From the NCBI GenBank assembly GCA_973851085.1, contig OZ316775.1, positions 13,454,001 through 13,518,000 of the forward strand: a DNA stretch of 64,000 bases, given 5' to 3'. A program made the translations under genes and the position numbers. A model generated the notes under the pieces. That model worked only from the letters and a program-made list of their open reading frames with translations, made no database searches and was not told the origin of the DNA. This DNA is from Ptychomitrium polyphyllum (Eukaryota). The first letter of the stretch is position 1; the number at the start of each line of letters is the position of its first letter. This document shows, piece by piece, positions 51,953-64,000 of this stretch.

Positions 51953-52010
51953 GTATGTATGTATGTATGTATGTATGTATGTATGTATGTATGTATGTAT
52001 GTATGTATGT
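51953..52010 (+). repeat. (GTAT)14 microsatellite
   Basis: Read directly. Confidence 0.98.
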
Positions 52011-54799
52011 GATGTAAACTCTACATATGAAGTAGTTTTAGCGTCATTTATAAATTTTAAGTTTATAATTGGACCTTGGATTGTAGTAGTCTTGTACATG
52101 TAAGGGAGCTTCAAAGATCATATTGATTTTGAGATTGTTGAAAAAAAGGATTTTGGGGATATTTGGAGCTAGTTCTACCAACAACATTAAATTACATTCT
52201 AAAAATTCAAAAGTGCCTTTACATGGACGATAAGGCCATTAAAAGCATTGTACCTTCTATTAAATAAGGGAGATTGTAGTCTATTATTTTGGTGAAATCC
52301 ACCTAGAAGAACAATGAATTATGAAGTGTACATCAACTATCTTTACCACCTAGGATATTCAAATCCAAATCCTTTGTTTATAGATTTATTTGAAATGAAT
52401 AATAAAAAAATTATAGTTTTAGACCATTTACTAAAATCAATTAAGAACAATAATGTTCAAAATTGAAGCCATAACTCTATTCAAATAGAAGTAAAAAATT
52501 TAGATTAAAATTGAATAACTGCATTAAGAAGATGCAGTTATATTAACATAGTATTCATTATAATAGGATAAAACAACAATTTTGGGACTATAAAAGTCTA
52601 TTTTGATTTAATTTGAATTGAACTAAGTTGCATATTTTATGAACCATCTAAGTGCAAATTTAATGTCTTTTGGCTATTGTAGCTCATTTGTTAACTATAT
52701 AACTTTATAAACATGACAATCATTTTTAATAAATTTATTTTCTTTTAAATAAACTTCATCTCTAAGATTATTTTGGAACTTTGAAAATTTTCATTAAAAT
52801 GAATATGATGTTTATTTGTATTGTCCACTTGGATCAAGATTTAATAAAACATTATATAGATCACAATTGGTGGAAATCACAAGAAAATAAAACATGTATT
52901 GGCAATGGTTTGGATGCTTTTCAATTGTAAGAGCTTTTAAAAGTGCTACATTCTTAAATTACATCAAAACTTTGGTATGTGGATTTATGTAGATTTTTAA
53001 CATGATTTCTTCTAAAAAAATTAAATGTGCTAAAAAATCATTCCTCAAAGAATCAAGCAAATTAATTCTGAAAGCAAATCATATGAAATGTTTTTTTCAT
53101 TTATTACACTATATTGCTGCAATTCATGCATTAAAAATTTGTTTAAGAAAATCACACATTTTTTAGAGTGGTTTAATTGAAAATCTTATAAATGAAGGCT
53201 AAATGGATTTTTTTAATTTTATTTCTTGAATTCTTGCTTTTCCACTTTGAGGTAAAATACTAGTTTTTTTGCTTGTTTTTTTTTATAAAACTTAATCAAG
53301 GAATTTCTCATTTAAAACCCATTTCAAAAAATATACTTATAAAATATTAATTTTTCTTTTATATTCCAAATTAAAAAGAATATTGAATATGAAATTCAAA
53401 AAGTTTATAAAATTCTATCTATTGTAGCATTAATGAATTCAATGGTATTAATGGAATTTGAAACTCAAAATCAACAACTTACATTTTGCCATCAATTCCA
53501 AAATATTCACTCAAATAGTACATTATAGTGGTTTGTTTTAGCTACTAAATTGCCTTTAAAGATTATTGCTAATTTACGTGAATATGGTATTTAATTCATG
53601 ATTTGATTTAGTTTATGGATCTTGGATTTAATTTATACATGTAATTAAGTATATTTCATGGATTAACTTCTTCGAGTACTTGGATTTGTTTCTATAAAGA
53701 CCAATTGTAAAATTTCACATAGATCTTAAAGTTTTATATTTAGCCCAATGTAATTTAAAAAGGACTTTGAAAAAATGATATTCATATACATGATATTCAA
53801 AAAGTCAAAAGAATAATTATCTATTTAATGCATAATGATTTGAGAGAAGTTTGTGGAGTTAATTTGTATATAGTAAGTAAATTTCTTATAACAAAATTGT
53901 GAAGATTTGTATATACTTAATAAGATCAATATTAATATTTGAATCAAATAGAGTAGTTATAAGCAAGTGTTTTGCCTTATTATGCATATACAAGATTCAA
54001 AGATGTCACTACATTGTCCACTTTAAGAACAATAATTTTTTGTATTGAAAATTTGCTATATTTAATTTGCACCACCAATACATTTAGACTATTCTACCTT
54101 TAAAATCTCAAAATCTAACAAAGATATTTAATTGTGGCTAAAACCATAGTTTATTAATAATGTTTTAAATTAAGCACATAAACAGACAAGTTAGTTAATG
54201 CAACTTTTTGACATTGAGATTTATCACTAGCAATGTTAAGCAACTTCATACCAGGTACCTTAATACCCTAAATATCCTAAACAATTTTAATAGAATTTGA
54301 ATTATAATCAAATACATGAAATATACACTTTTATCTAAGCAAATAACAAAAACTCATGGTTTGGCTATTGACATACAAATATCATATTATATAAAGCATA
54401 AATTCTTGAATATCTTTAATTCCTTTGATAATAATGGTAGAATAAATGCTTATTTTATATCAATTCTTTATATATTAAAAAGGACCAAAGTAAAATCATG
54501 ATAATAGATGTTGTTATCTTGAAGTTGATGTAAACTGGATACTAAAGAATGTTATGTATGTAATGAATTGGGCAAATTGACTTGTAATCTAATTAATTAA
54601 TTTGTTATTGTCTTTATTTAATACACAATCTCTTACACTTTTAATAAGTCTTATGGACTAAACCAATTGTTGGTGTATTTGCATTGGAAAGTCTGTAAAA
54701 TTAGAGCTTTGGTACATGGTTCACTTTTAAGCATTTATTATACTTCAATCTTTGATGGTTAAATGATAAGTTCAACCAAATTTGCATCATTTTGTAGCA

Positions 54800-55060
54800 A
54801 TATATATTACAAACATATAGTAGAAGCTTCAAGAAAGACCCAAAAAATCCTAAGAGGTTTAAAAAAACTCTTACAAAAATTAGGCATCTACAAGAAGTTG
54901 TTGAAGAAGTTATTGTGGTTTTAAGATGTTCCAATGAGTTAAAGAAGCTTCCAAAGAAGCAACTTAATGTTGCTAGAATACAAAACATTGTATTGATAGC
55001 CGTTTGAAAAGCTTTCAAGGAATTCTAAATTCATAATGTATATAATAGTTGAAGGTAAAG
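54800..55060 (+). mobile_element. Highly decayed LTR-like relic resembling the 38.9-kb sub-repeats
   Basis: Dispersed AGAAGCTTC(C)AAAGAAG-like units followed by a TATATAATAG box, inside an AT-rich block. Confidence 0.25.
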
Positions 55061-55474
55061 GAATCTTTGGTCTCAACGATATATCTCTTATGATGCTACT
55101 CAAATGTTTTGGCCTTATATCTAGTAGTGATTTCTTATTTTTGATATAAAGATCAATTATTCAATATTTCTATATTAAGTTTGTGACTTATATTTGCATC
55201 CATAACACCAAGCGTTTTCATTAATAAAATTATAAATAATAATTTAAGCAAGCTTAACAAAGATTAACAAATGCACGAATTAGTTCTATTTATTGTATGT
55301 TGTAGAAGGACATGAAGCATATGTTCTTACTTTCAACTCATGCATAATTTCTATTAACAAAAATGGAAGTATTTATTTTACCTTCAAAAAAAACCAAGGT
55401 TGTTTATTGAATATAATCATTTATATTAGACTTCATTGGTATAAATTCTTAGAATTTAAAATTATAATATGTCA

Positions 55475-55481
<7 letters not shown>

Positions 55482-55545
<64 letters not shown>
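55482..55545 (+). repeat. (TA)32 microsatellite
   Basis: Read directly. Confidence 0.98.
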
Positions 55546-55549
<4 letters not shown>

Positions 55550-57839
55550 TTTTTAAATTTTTTAAATTTTAAATTTTTTTCATTTGGCTTTCCAACTTTG
55601 GCTTATAGAGGCTACTATTGCAAGATGGCTATGCAAACATTTGATGTTATCTATCATATTACCAATTTTTCTTGGACTTCATGATAGCACAAGGTTTGAA
55701 TTCAAAAATTATTCTAAAATTTGTGGTAAATAAAGGCAATGACTTGCATTTCTTGTAGAAGTCACCATCTATATTTGAAAAATTGTTATAAATGAATTCA
55801 TTGTCTACTATGGTACTTGATATAGTCATAATCAAATTTAATCTTTGTAGGGAAGAAATTTAAACTTGAAATTTTATTTTCTTGTTGTATAGTTGTACAA
55901 CTGCAATAGTTTTTAAATTTGTATAATGCTACAATGACATATACATGTTAAGCTATAATTTGAAGTTACAAATGAAGGATTGGTTGTTCACAAATTAATA
56001 TTATTTTGTATAGTTTCTTTGTGATTTTAATACACAATATAAATGATGACAAACTAGAATATAAAATATGGCATCAAACCATGGAGCAGGGTTAGGAAGA
56101 AGGTGGCAATAATGGTGGTGCTAAATATTTGAGTTTTATACCAGTGTCACTCATTTGTAATTAGCTTTGGCACTAATGTTCTTTAGTTTCTTGTATTTTT
56201 GGTGAGTCTACTTAATTAAGCTTAGAATTAAGCCAAATAATTTTAAAGTGTATTAAAATGATGATAGTGTAAAATGATACATTATAAATAAGATACATTC
56301 AATCAAAAGAGCACCAAGTTTTACTTCCTAAAGTAGAGAAAAATTATACATTCTTTTTTTAAATTTAAAATTTAAAAATTATACTAACCAATATTACAAT
56401 TGATTGACAATAGTTTCCAATAATTTCATTCTCAATAATGTTGTCTATGGTAAATAAAATCATACACTAACTATATATTAATTTCAACCATGAAATATCA
56501 AAATTGAAAAGTATATTAAAGATTATATATAAATGCTACTTCAATGTATTCACTTCTATCATCAATTTTGTAGTTATTTTTATTTTAAGTAGTTCCTATA
56601 AATTTTATGATCTTTGACAAATCTTTCATTTAAAAAATGATAATGTAATCAACAATCCATTATCATGCTCATTTAAAAAAATTAAAGACGTATTTTCAAG
56701 ATTTATTCTTTTCAGGTACTTTCCATATAAAAATTTGCTCTTGCATGTTTTAAAGCTGCGGTTACTGCAAATACTTAAGTACATATTACAAGTTTTACCA
56801 ATTTTCGTATATTGACTTTTTTTAGAAACGTAATACAGTATATAAAGTATTATTAAACTTTGAGTCTATACATCTTATTAGGTGATAACATCACATCAAA
56901 ATTTTATGTTTTTAAAAGTTTATTTTAGACTTCAAACAAGTACATTCTCATTAGAGACCTGTACTAAGCAATACAAATGCACTCTAAAAGTATGTAATTC
57001 TTTTAGTTTTCTCCTTCCTTGGAATTCTGAACTTTTAGGATATGTCAACCAATACTCTTTAAATAACACTTGATAATTTATTGATAGTTTATTAAAAAGT
57101 AATTATTTCTTCAAAATATTAATCATTTTATATCTTTTTGTATGGTTTTGAATACGATATTTGTGACAATCACAAAATTAATAAAAAATATTTTTAATTA
57201 GCAATATATTTAAGAATTTTGTAGAATAAATGTATTTGATTCACTGTATCTTGTGCATTTTCTAATGCATTTGATTGCATTTTTTATTTATGTAAAATGA
57301 GTCATTTAAACCTTAATAATGTTCTTTCTAATGATTCAAAAACATTATCATATAGTTTTTTTATAAATACTTTAGTAACTCGACACTTAGTTCAATTCTG
57401 ATTTTAACATTTAAAAATTATGACAACATGCGTGGTACATTAACAATAAAACTTTAAAATAATCTCCAAAATTCCAATGATAAATTCTCAAGAAATATTA
57501 TAGTTTCTGGTCATCAAAAGTTCAACTAGTATTTTATATCGAAATCACTCATTTACAGATATTGTTATAATAAGAAATTATATTTCAAATTATTTAGGTG
57601 TTATTTAAGATTTGTAAGTAGTTTGGATGATATGCATATTAAATCAAACAAATATATATGGAGCATGTTTTAATGCTGTACTTAAAAAGTAAGTATATAA
57701 AATATAAATTGGCAGTATAGAAGTACTTTTCACTTTAGTAGGGTGTTCAAAGGGGTTATTAAAAGAACATCACAAGCAAGAACATTAAACTTTGTCCATC
57801 TCCAAGGGCCAAACTTCCATGAGAATTTGGTACTTACAT

Positions 57840-58430
57840 TTGAATGGTCCATATGTCTTTGAGGTCTTTGAGGAATGAAGATTGTCCGCTGCATTTGCAA
57901 GCTGGGAGGAAGTCACCCAAGTGTGTTAGGCAATGAACTCTAGAGCAGGGCACCAAAGGCTTTCATTTATCATGATTTGTACATGCAGTAGGTTTGTGCT
58001 TCATGAAGAAATGTACAAAAGTTTGAATTGGTCTGGGTGTAGAATCCAATAAAACTTCTTTGTTTGGCGTGTTTGGAACAAACATATAACAAGTATGTCC
58101 TACACACAGGTGGGTGGTGAATAATGTGCCATAGCAAGTGGTGATGGGCCACTTGAGGTTGGGGCATGAGCCTTTCATATCAACCACATCAAATAAAGGA
58201 CTTATACTGGTTGAGAGGTGGAAATCAAGGCCAAATGCTTTGCATGGGCCCAAGCCCTAGACTACAGTTGAATGACATGGATATTAGTGCATGACTAGAA
58301 GAATTTCAACATGAAGGATGACTCCAGTGACAGTATTGATAGGATTTCCAACTTGTATGCCATGAAAAATCAACACCTAATTTTTGGTGATTAAAAGTTA
58401 TAAGATCATGGAAAAGTGCTACATCTGTTC
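57840..58430 (+). pseudogene. Possible decayed F-box gene fragment
   Basis: GC-richer island in AT-rich DNA. Frameshifted pieces (EVFEE..; CVRQ*..GTKGF; HDLYMQ; STTSNKGLILV; KSYKIM) occur in the order expected for an F-box plus associated domain. Many stops; weak by-eye match. Confidence 0.3.
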
Positions 58431-59757
58431 AAGAGTAAAAAATGCTATGAAATTTGTAATTATAATCTATTTCTAAGAGAAGATAAAACAGGAAATCATT
58501 TAAAAGGAATCAAAATTTTGATCTGAAGTTCCTAAATTACAAGTGTTTATCCAAATCATTTTTTTTGAATCCAGAATCTCACTGTAAATTGAATACTACA
58601 CAATAGAGTTACAAATATTCATTAGTGCATATAAATGGTAGTAAATTGGAAAATATTGCATATTCACATTGTTTCATGATGCAATATAAAATCAGGGATA
58701 GTATATATATAGTAGAATATATAGTAGCAAACAATAAATAATGTTTGTAATGTAGAGTAATTTGAAATGTTTTATAAAGTTACAGTTATGTTTCCATTGT
58801 TGTTATTGTGGTTGTGACGTAGAACTGCCTAAAAGTGACAACTTGTGATTATTATAAGTATAAAAGTATGTGTAAAATCATTTTAAGACTTCTATTTATA
58901 GTGCAAAAAGAAACCTTATAGTCTTATCTTGTCTATCCGGCTATGTATCACATCTTTGATGTGATGGTCACCTTATTCATTTGGAAATCAATAATTAAAA
59001 ATATAGTATATGTCTCAATGAGCCAAATCTTTTGGATGAGTATTAAACAGACTATGAATTTGTAAGGTATCATTTTGTAAACTTCCCACTTTCTATTAAA
59101 GATTATCTAAAAATAAAACGTATAGAATCAAATAAGTTCTATTAAAAACTGGAATGTTGTATGATCATATTTCAAAAAAATAATATTTTTTGGTTATATT
59201 AAATCAATAAAAATAAAACACCTATTGCTCAAGGAAATAGTATGTTGTGAAATTATTATTTGTGATTTAATTTATTTTGGTTCCATAGTGTTTCATTCAT
59301 AGTTCATTTATAGGTGGAAAAATTGGATTAAGAGCAAAATTTGGAAGCTAAGGTAAAAAAGCCTACTACCACCTTCCTTTCAAATCAATTAGCTACAAGA
59401 AGACCAACAATTACCAAGAGAATCTTTAATAACCACTAAATACAAAATAGAGTACTTGTAATGAGGCTCAAATTGGATGTAAATGAATTCATGGAATGGT
59501 GGAACGGATAGAAAAGTGAATTTTACCTTGATTTGAAACCATTTAATAGATATGGGCTTATCCCATGGTGGTTTTATATAAAATTTAGGTAATTATGCAT
59601 GCATGAATCAATGATTACTAATTATTATTTGGGTGATTAATGGGCTAACCTTGTTGTATTTTATGGTTTTTTGCAATGATGCCCTTTAAAAATTCATAAC
59701 TAATCCAATCATGATCATGAATATTTATTCAACTTATAGTGTCTATCAAACCTTAGT

Positions 59758-59813
59758 GTCTATCCATTATCCATTATAGTCTATCCATTATCCATTATAG
59801 TCTATCCATTATA
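59758..59813 (+). repeat. Tandem repeat, about 2.7 x 21 bp (GTCTATCCATTATCCATTATA)
   Basis: Read directly. Confidence 0.85.
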
Positions 59814-62156
59814 AATAGTGTTCATCATATATAATATTCTTAAAATGCCACATTCCTTACAGTGCTAAATATAGTTATGCTTACCTCATTACTAACTCTT
59901 ATCATTCTTTGCAGTTGAGCTCTCTCCAATTTGTTCAAAATACTTTGCAATGGAGCTCTGTTTAATTTATTCAGAGTAGCTCTGCATAAATTTGCAAGGA
60001 ACAACAGATTGGTATTTTCCAATCCTTGTATCAACAACACATGTATCCTAGACAAAAGTGCAATTCAATGGAGCTTAATGAACAGATCAGACTGAATCAA
60101 CATTTTGGTGCTGGATAAGTGACTCAATGGGATATGAAATTACCAAAAGCACCCAGCCAGGGTGGTCTTTCCTTCCAATACTCTTGCCATAAGAAAAGAA
60201 TAATGCTCAGGAGACCCCATGAGATGGCATAATGTGTATTGCTCTGCTGGATATATGTTGGACCGAAAGTTTGTTATGTGTGTAGTGGTCCAAAAAGAAC
60301 CGCCTAAGGTATTTCTACAGGCCATGTGGGAAGACACATATACCTTTCTGTTTAGAGATCCTTCGATATTTTGGACACTGGAATGTTGTCTGTCCACATT
60401 CGTCAGCAGATGAAGAGACACTTAACACTGTAGTGAGTATCTGCTTCCTTTCTTCTTTGGTAGAAGTTTATTACCGATCTAGAAAGCCACTTTCATAAAT
60501 TACCCAATTCAGTAGAGCCAAGGAAGCTGTTGATATGGATGGCTGCCCAGGGCAATGGAAGAATAAAAGTCAGGGAAGGCTTTTGCTAATATATTGGCCA
60601 AAGTACAGAATGATAGAGAATGTTTAGTTACTTTTTTTGTATCTGATTTTCTTTTGAAAAAACTATAGCACTGTTTATTCTCTCTCATCGATCAACTATT
60701 TGGGGCTGTCTGCTGTGAATATGTTTTGCAAGGGCCATCAGAGAAGAGATCTCTGTAGTAAACAATGCCTTGTTTACATCCATGTCATTGTCTCATTTCA
60801 TTTGTGATGAATTAAAGGTTCGTCTGAAAACATTTAAAATTTTAAAATATCCTTCTGAAGAGGTGTAAAGTTGAAGAAGATAACTCTCAATTCTGTAAAG
60901 ACACCACATTTTTCTTATTTATAAGTGTCATTTTCACCACCTTATTTTCTAACTTTTAAAGTGTCTTCCTCCCCAACTTTGTAATAACTTGTACCAAAAC
61001 AAAGGTAAAAGTGTTGATGTTTATTCCAATTGACCAAGTAATTGATTCTTTTACAAGACAACAAAGAAGGTCAATTGAAATGCAATCTGTTACTCTTTTG
61101 GTTTTTCTCAAATTTGATTGCCAAAATAAGTTTTTATTTAGAAAATTTAAACGATTGAACAATATGATCCATTTGTGACACTCTGAAAAAAAAATTAAAA
61201 ATCAAAAAGTAAAAATTATCAAATTATCAATGGTAAAATTTCTTGACTTTTAGGAATTCAAATTATTATGTGAATTTCTTATTCAATATTAGAGTTTCTC
61301 CAAATTCCAACTTTTTCACTGTAATCATTTGAAGAATTATGATAAAAAAACATCTTCACATCATATTGCTAATCAAAGTCATTTTCAATGAAAATTAAAC
61401 TGCAAAACAAATGAGAGCCCAGTGTCCCACCATTCACACTGAGGGCGTAACATTTTCTTTCGTCGTGTAAAGTAGCCCTTAGTGTAAATTACAGAATCCT
61501 TATCTTTATTGATTCCTTTTGTAAAGCCAATGTCCGATAGATTTGGGTTGCAGATACTTTGCTTGCAAAACTAAATCTCCCAGGACCAGCAACAAGATCA
61601 TAGAATCAAATACAGTTAGGGCTACAAACAAGCTTGCAGCACTTGTAAAACAAAAAATATTGTTTTAAAGGAAGGTGAGGAAACAGGTGTGATTCGTCAC
61701 ATCTCCACCACGCACCCCAAAATGTGAAAAGGAAGCTTTTCATTCACAAGAAAATAATATTTTAATTTACAAGAAAATTATAGTGTTTAATATAAGATGA
61801 TAAAAGTGTGTTCCTTGCAGATATGCTAAATGTTTAGAAATCAAGGAGTGCAATCAAGTTTATGGAATCAAATGGAACTAACTTAGCAAATGTGAATGAT
61901 GGAATGAGACTAGTATTCTTCAACCTTATAAATTGATGACTCTCTTCTAACTCCATATATTAGCATGCTTGTAAAACACTTAGTTTTGTCATCCAAATTC
62001 AACCTCTCTAATTATTTTATGCCTAAATTATGTGATATTTTAAAATGATGCCAATGGCATTGTTTTCAAGTAATGATTCCATTTTAGTTTTTTATTAAAT
62101 TAAATTTTGGTATATGCATTAAAAATGGACTAATATTATTTAGGAAAATCATTAAT

Positions 62157-62206
62157 GCACCAAATATGCAAATGAGCACCAAATATGCAAATGAACACCA
62201 AATGTG
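62157..62206 (+). repeat. Tandem repeat, about 2.6 x 19 bp (GCACCAAATATGCAAATGA)
   Basis: Read directly. Confidence 0.8.
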
Positions 62207-63098
62207 TACAAAAATTGTACATAGTGAATATGAATAATTTTTATGAATGTTAATTTACACATTTTTAGAAATAATATTGAGAGAAAATTTCAGCTTTGAG
62301 TTATTATTATCACCAAATTGTATAAGAATAACATCATAAAGTCTTACAAACAAGTCATGGAAAAAGAAAAATATTATGTGTTGTAATAATTAATCAATAA
62401 ATCACTTAGCCATTCTAAATTAAGTATACAAATCTAAGTGTTTGTCAATGATGCACCATTTACAACTGTAGATAATTGTAGTCCTTCAATTGAGGTATTT
62501 GGTTATTTTTCAAAATCTTCAAAAGAGTATAAATCCATTCTACAATAGAATAAGCTATATTGAAAATATAGCTCTAATCTTTAACATCAAAATAATATAA
62601 AAGGGTCAAACCAATTATTTTTCTATGTAAACTTAAAAGATGCTCTAGGAATCAAATTTAATAGATTGCTTCAAAGACTTAATAGATGTTCTAGAATTAA
62701 ATTTATATGACAAATCATTAGGCATTGCTTATCAACTTTTAGACAAGTATCCATGAAAAATATCCCCAACCAAGTTCTTTTAATTTTACATCATGTTACC
62801 AAACAACATAATAAAAAGTAATCCTAAATAGGTTTTGACTTTAAATGGTCAATACTACATACATATAGTCAATATCTTAAAAAAATTGGATCAAGAACTA
62901 GCATATTGTGATGTAGTGAGATATTATTATATTTATTTGTGTTTGGATAGAAAATTATTGTCATCCATTATATTCACCAAAATCATCCAAATTTGGTAAG
63001 TTCGACCAAATTTTAAATATAATTTATTACATTTGCTGCTTCTCCTCCATCTCTTAAATTATGTTTTAAGCACACAAGTTAATTTTGGTGCTCTTACT

Positions 63099-63133
63099 CT
63101 ATAAATGGCCTGAAATTCTCAGGCCATTTATAG
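63099..63133. repeat. Perfect 15-bp inverted repeat with 5-nt loop
   Basis: CTATAAATGGCCTGA-aattc-TCAGGCCATTTATAG. Confidence 0.9.
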
Positions 63134-64000
63134 GATGATATAAGAACATGATTTAAAGTATTTTCTCATACATCTTGTCAAAGTTGGTCCAGAGCACACT
63201 AATTTCTTATGCACAAGTGAACACAAACACAAAATGGAGTTACACTGGCAGTGTAACACCATGACTCATTTGGTGTGTTGCCATGTTTGCAGCCAATCGC
63301 AGAAAAAGGCAGCAGCACCGTCCAACCAATCAGCTGGTGCCCTGGTGCTCTCTTGAGCCACCCATGTGCCCCCCTCTCCTTTGGATATTTTCAGTCCTTA
63401 AACTTATGACTACGGGAAGTACCACCCATCTTGGTTCAAAAAGTATTTCTGGGGCCACTCCATCATGAGCTCAGCTTCCAAATTTCCATGAAGCTGTCCT
63501 GTTTGTATGCATCACTACGGACGGTCTCATTACAGTTGAGTGGCCCTACCCCCTTGATGATGAGTGCAGGATAGAATTTTGGTGGCTAGTGGTGGCACCC
63601 TCGCATAGGTTGTTCAAGAGTGTCATATTGAATTTACATGCCTTGACACTTTTTCATCTAGTAGGTAGTACATTTCTCCAGGCTCTCTCTGTCAGTCACT
63701 TTCTAGCCCCTTGTAAAAGACTAGGCAGTAGCTGCACATAAACCTAACTAACTTAATACCATACCATGGTGAGGCAAAGTCTTTGCTTTGCACTACTGAA
63801 CTTGGAGGCATGGTTGCAAGCTTTGAGACACCAGCATGATCTTTTTGGCTGAGTCATGCCTTAAATTGATAATCAATTGGGTCTGGTCGGGAAATCTTGG
63901 GCCCTTTTCCAACCTTGCTTCATTTGGACCACCACTACAATGCCCTATGCCTTGATGAAAGGTTTTGCCCTGCACACACAAACATACACACAGTGTCCCA

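Noticed and set aside
58147..58170. HLRLGH, resembling the Copia GAG-pre-integrase motif
   Set aside because: No flanking integrase zinc finger or DDE signature; could be chance.

Overview
Eukaryotic nuclear DNA from a land plant; intron sizes, gene content and protein sequences suggest a moss (inference). It alternates gene-dense islands with very AT-rich, CG-depleted blocks (about 18.7-20.2, 27.5-28.7, 38.2-41.1 and 52-63 kb). I built nine protein-coding genes by hand using GT-AG junctions and frame checks: an MLO gene (+), an intronless calcineurin B-like calcium sensor (+), an RCC1/RUG2-like gene (-), a VTE6/DUF92 gene (-), mitochondrial KAS (-), an atypical AP2/ERF factor (-), a MacroD-type macrodomain gene (-), a TLC/TMEM56-like gene (-) and an unrecognised S/P-rich protein of about 1,000 aa (+). 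There is also a clear SRPBCC (lachrymatory-factor-synthase-like) pseudogene, probable F-box remnants, LTR-like relics, microsatellites, short tandem arrays and hairpins. I saw no tRNA, rRNA, CRISPR array or intact transposon. I cannot demonstrate a new system from sequence alone. The best leads are the retrogene-like CBL beside a divergent MLO, the VTE6 homolog with no apparent plastid transit peptide, the divergent AP2 domain, the orphan protein, and repeat-built cis-element arrays upstream of genes.
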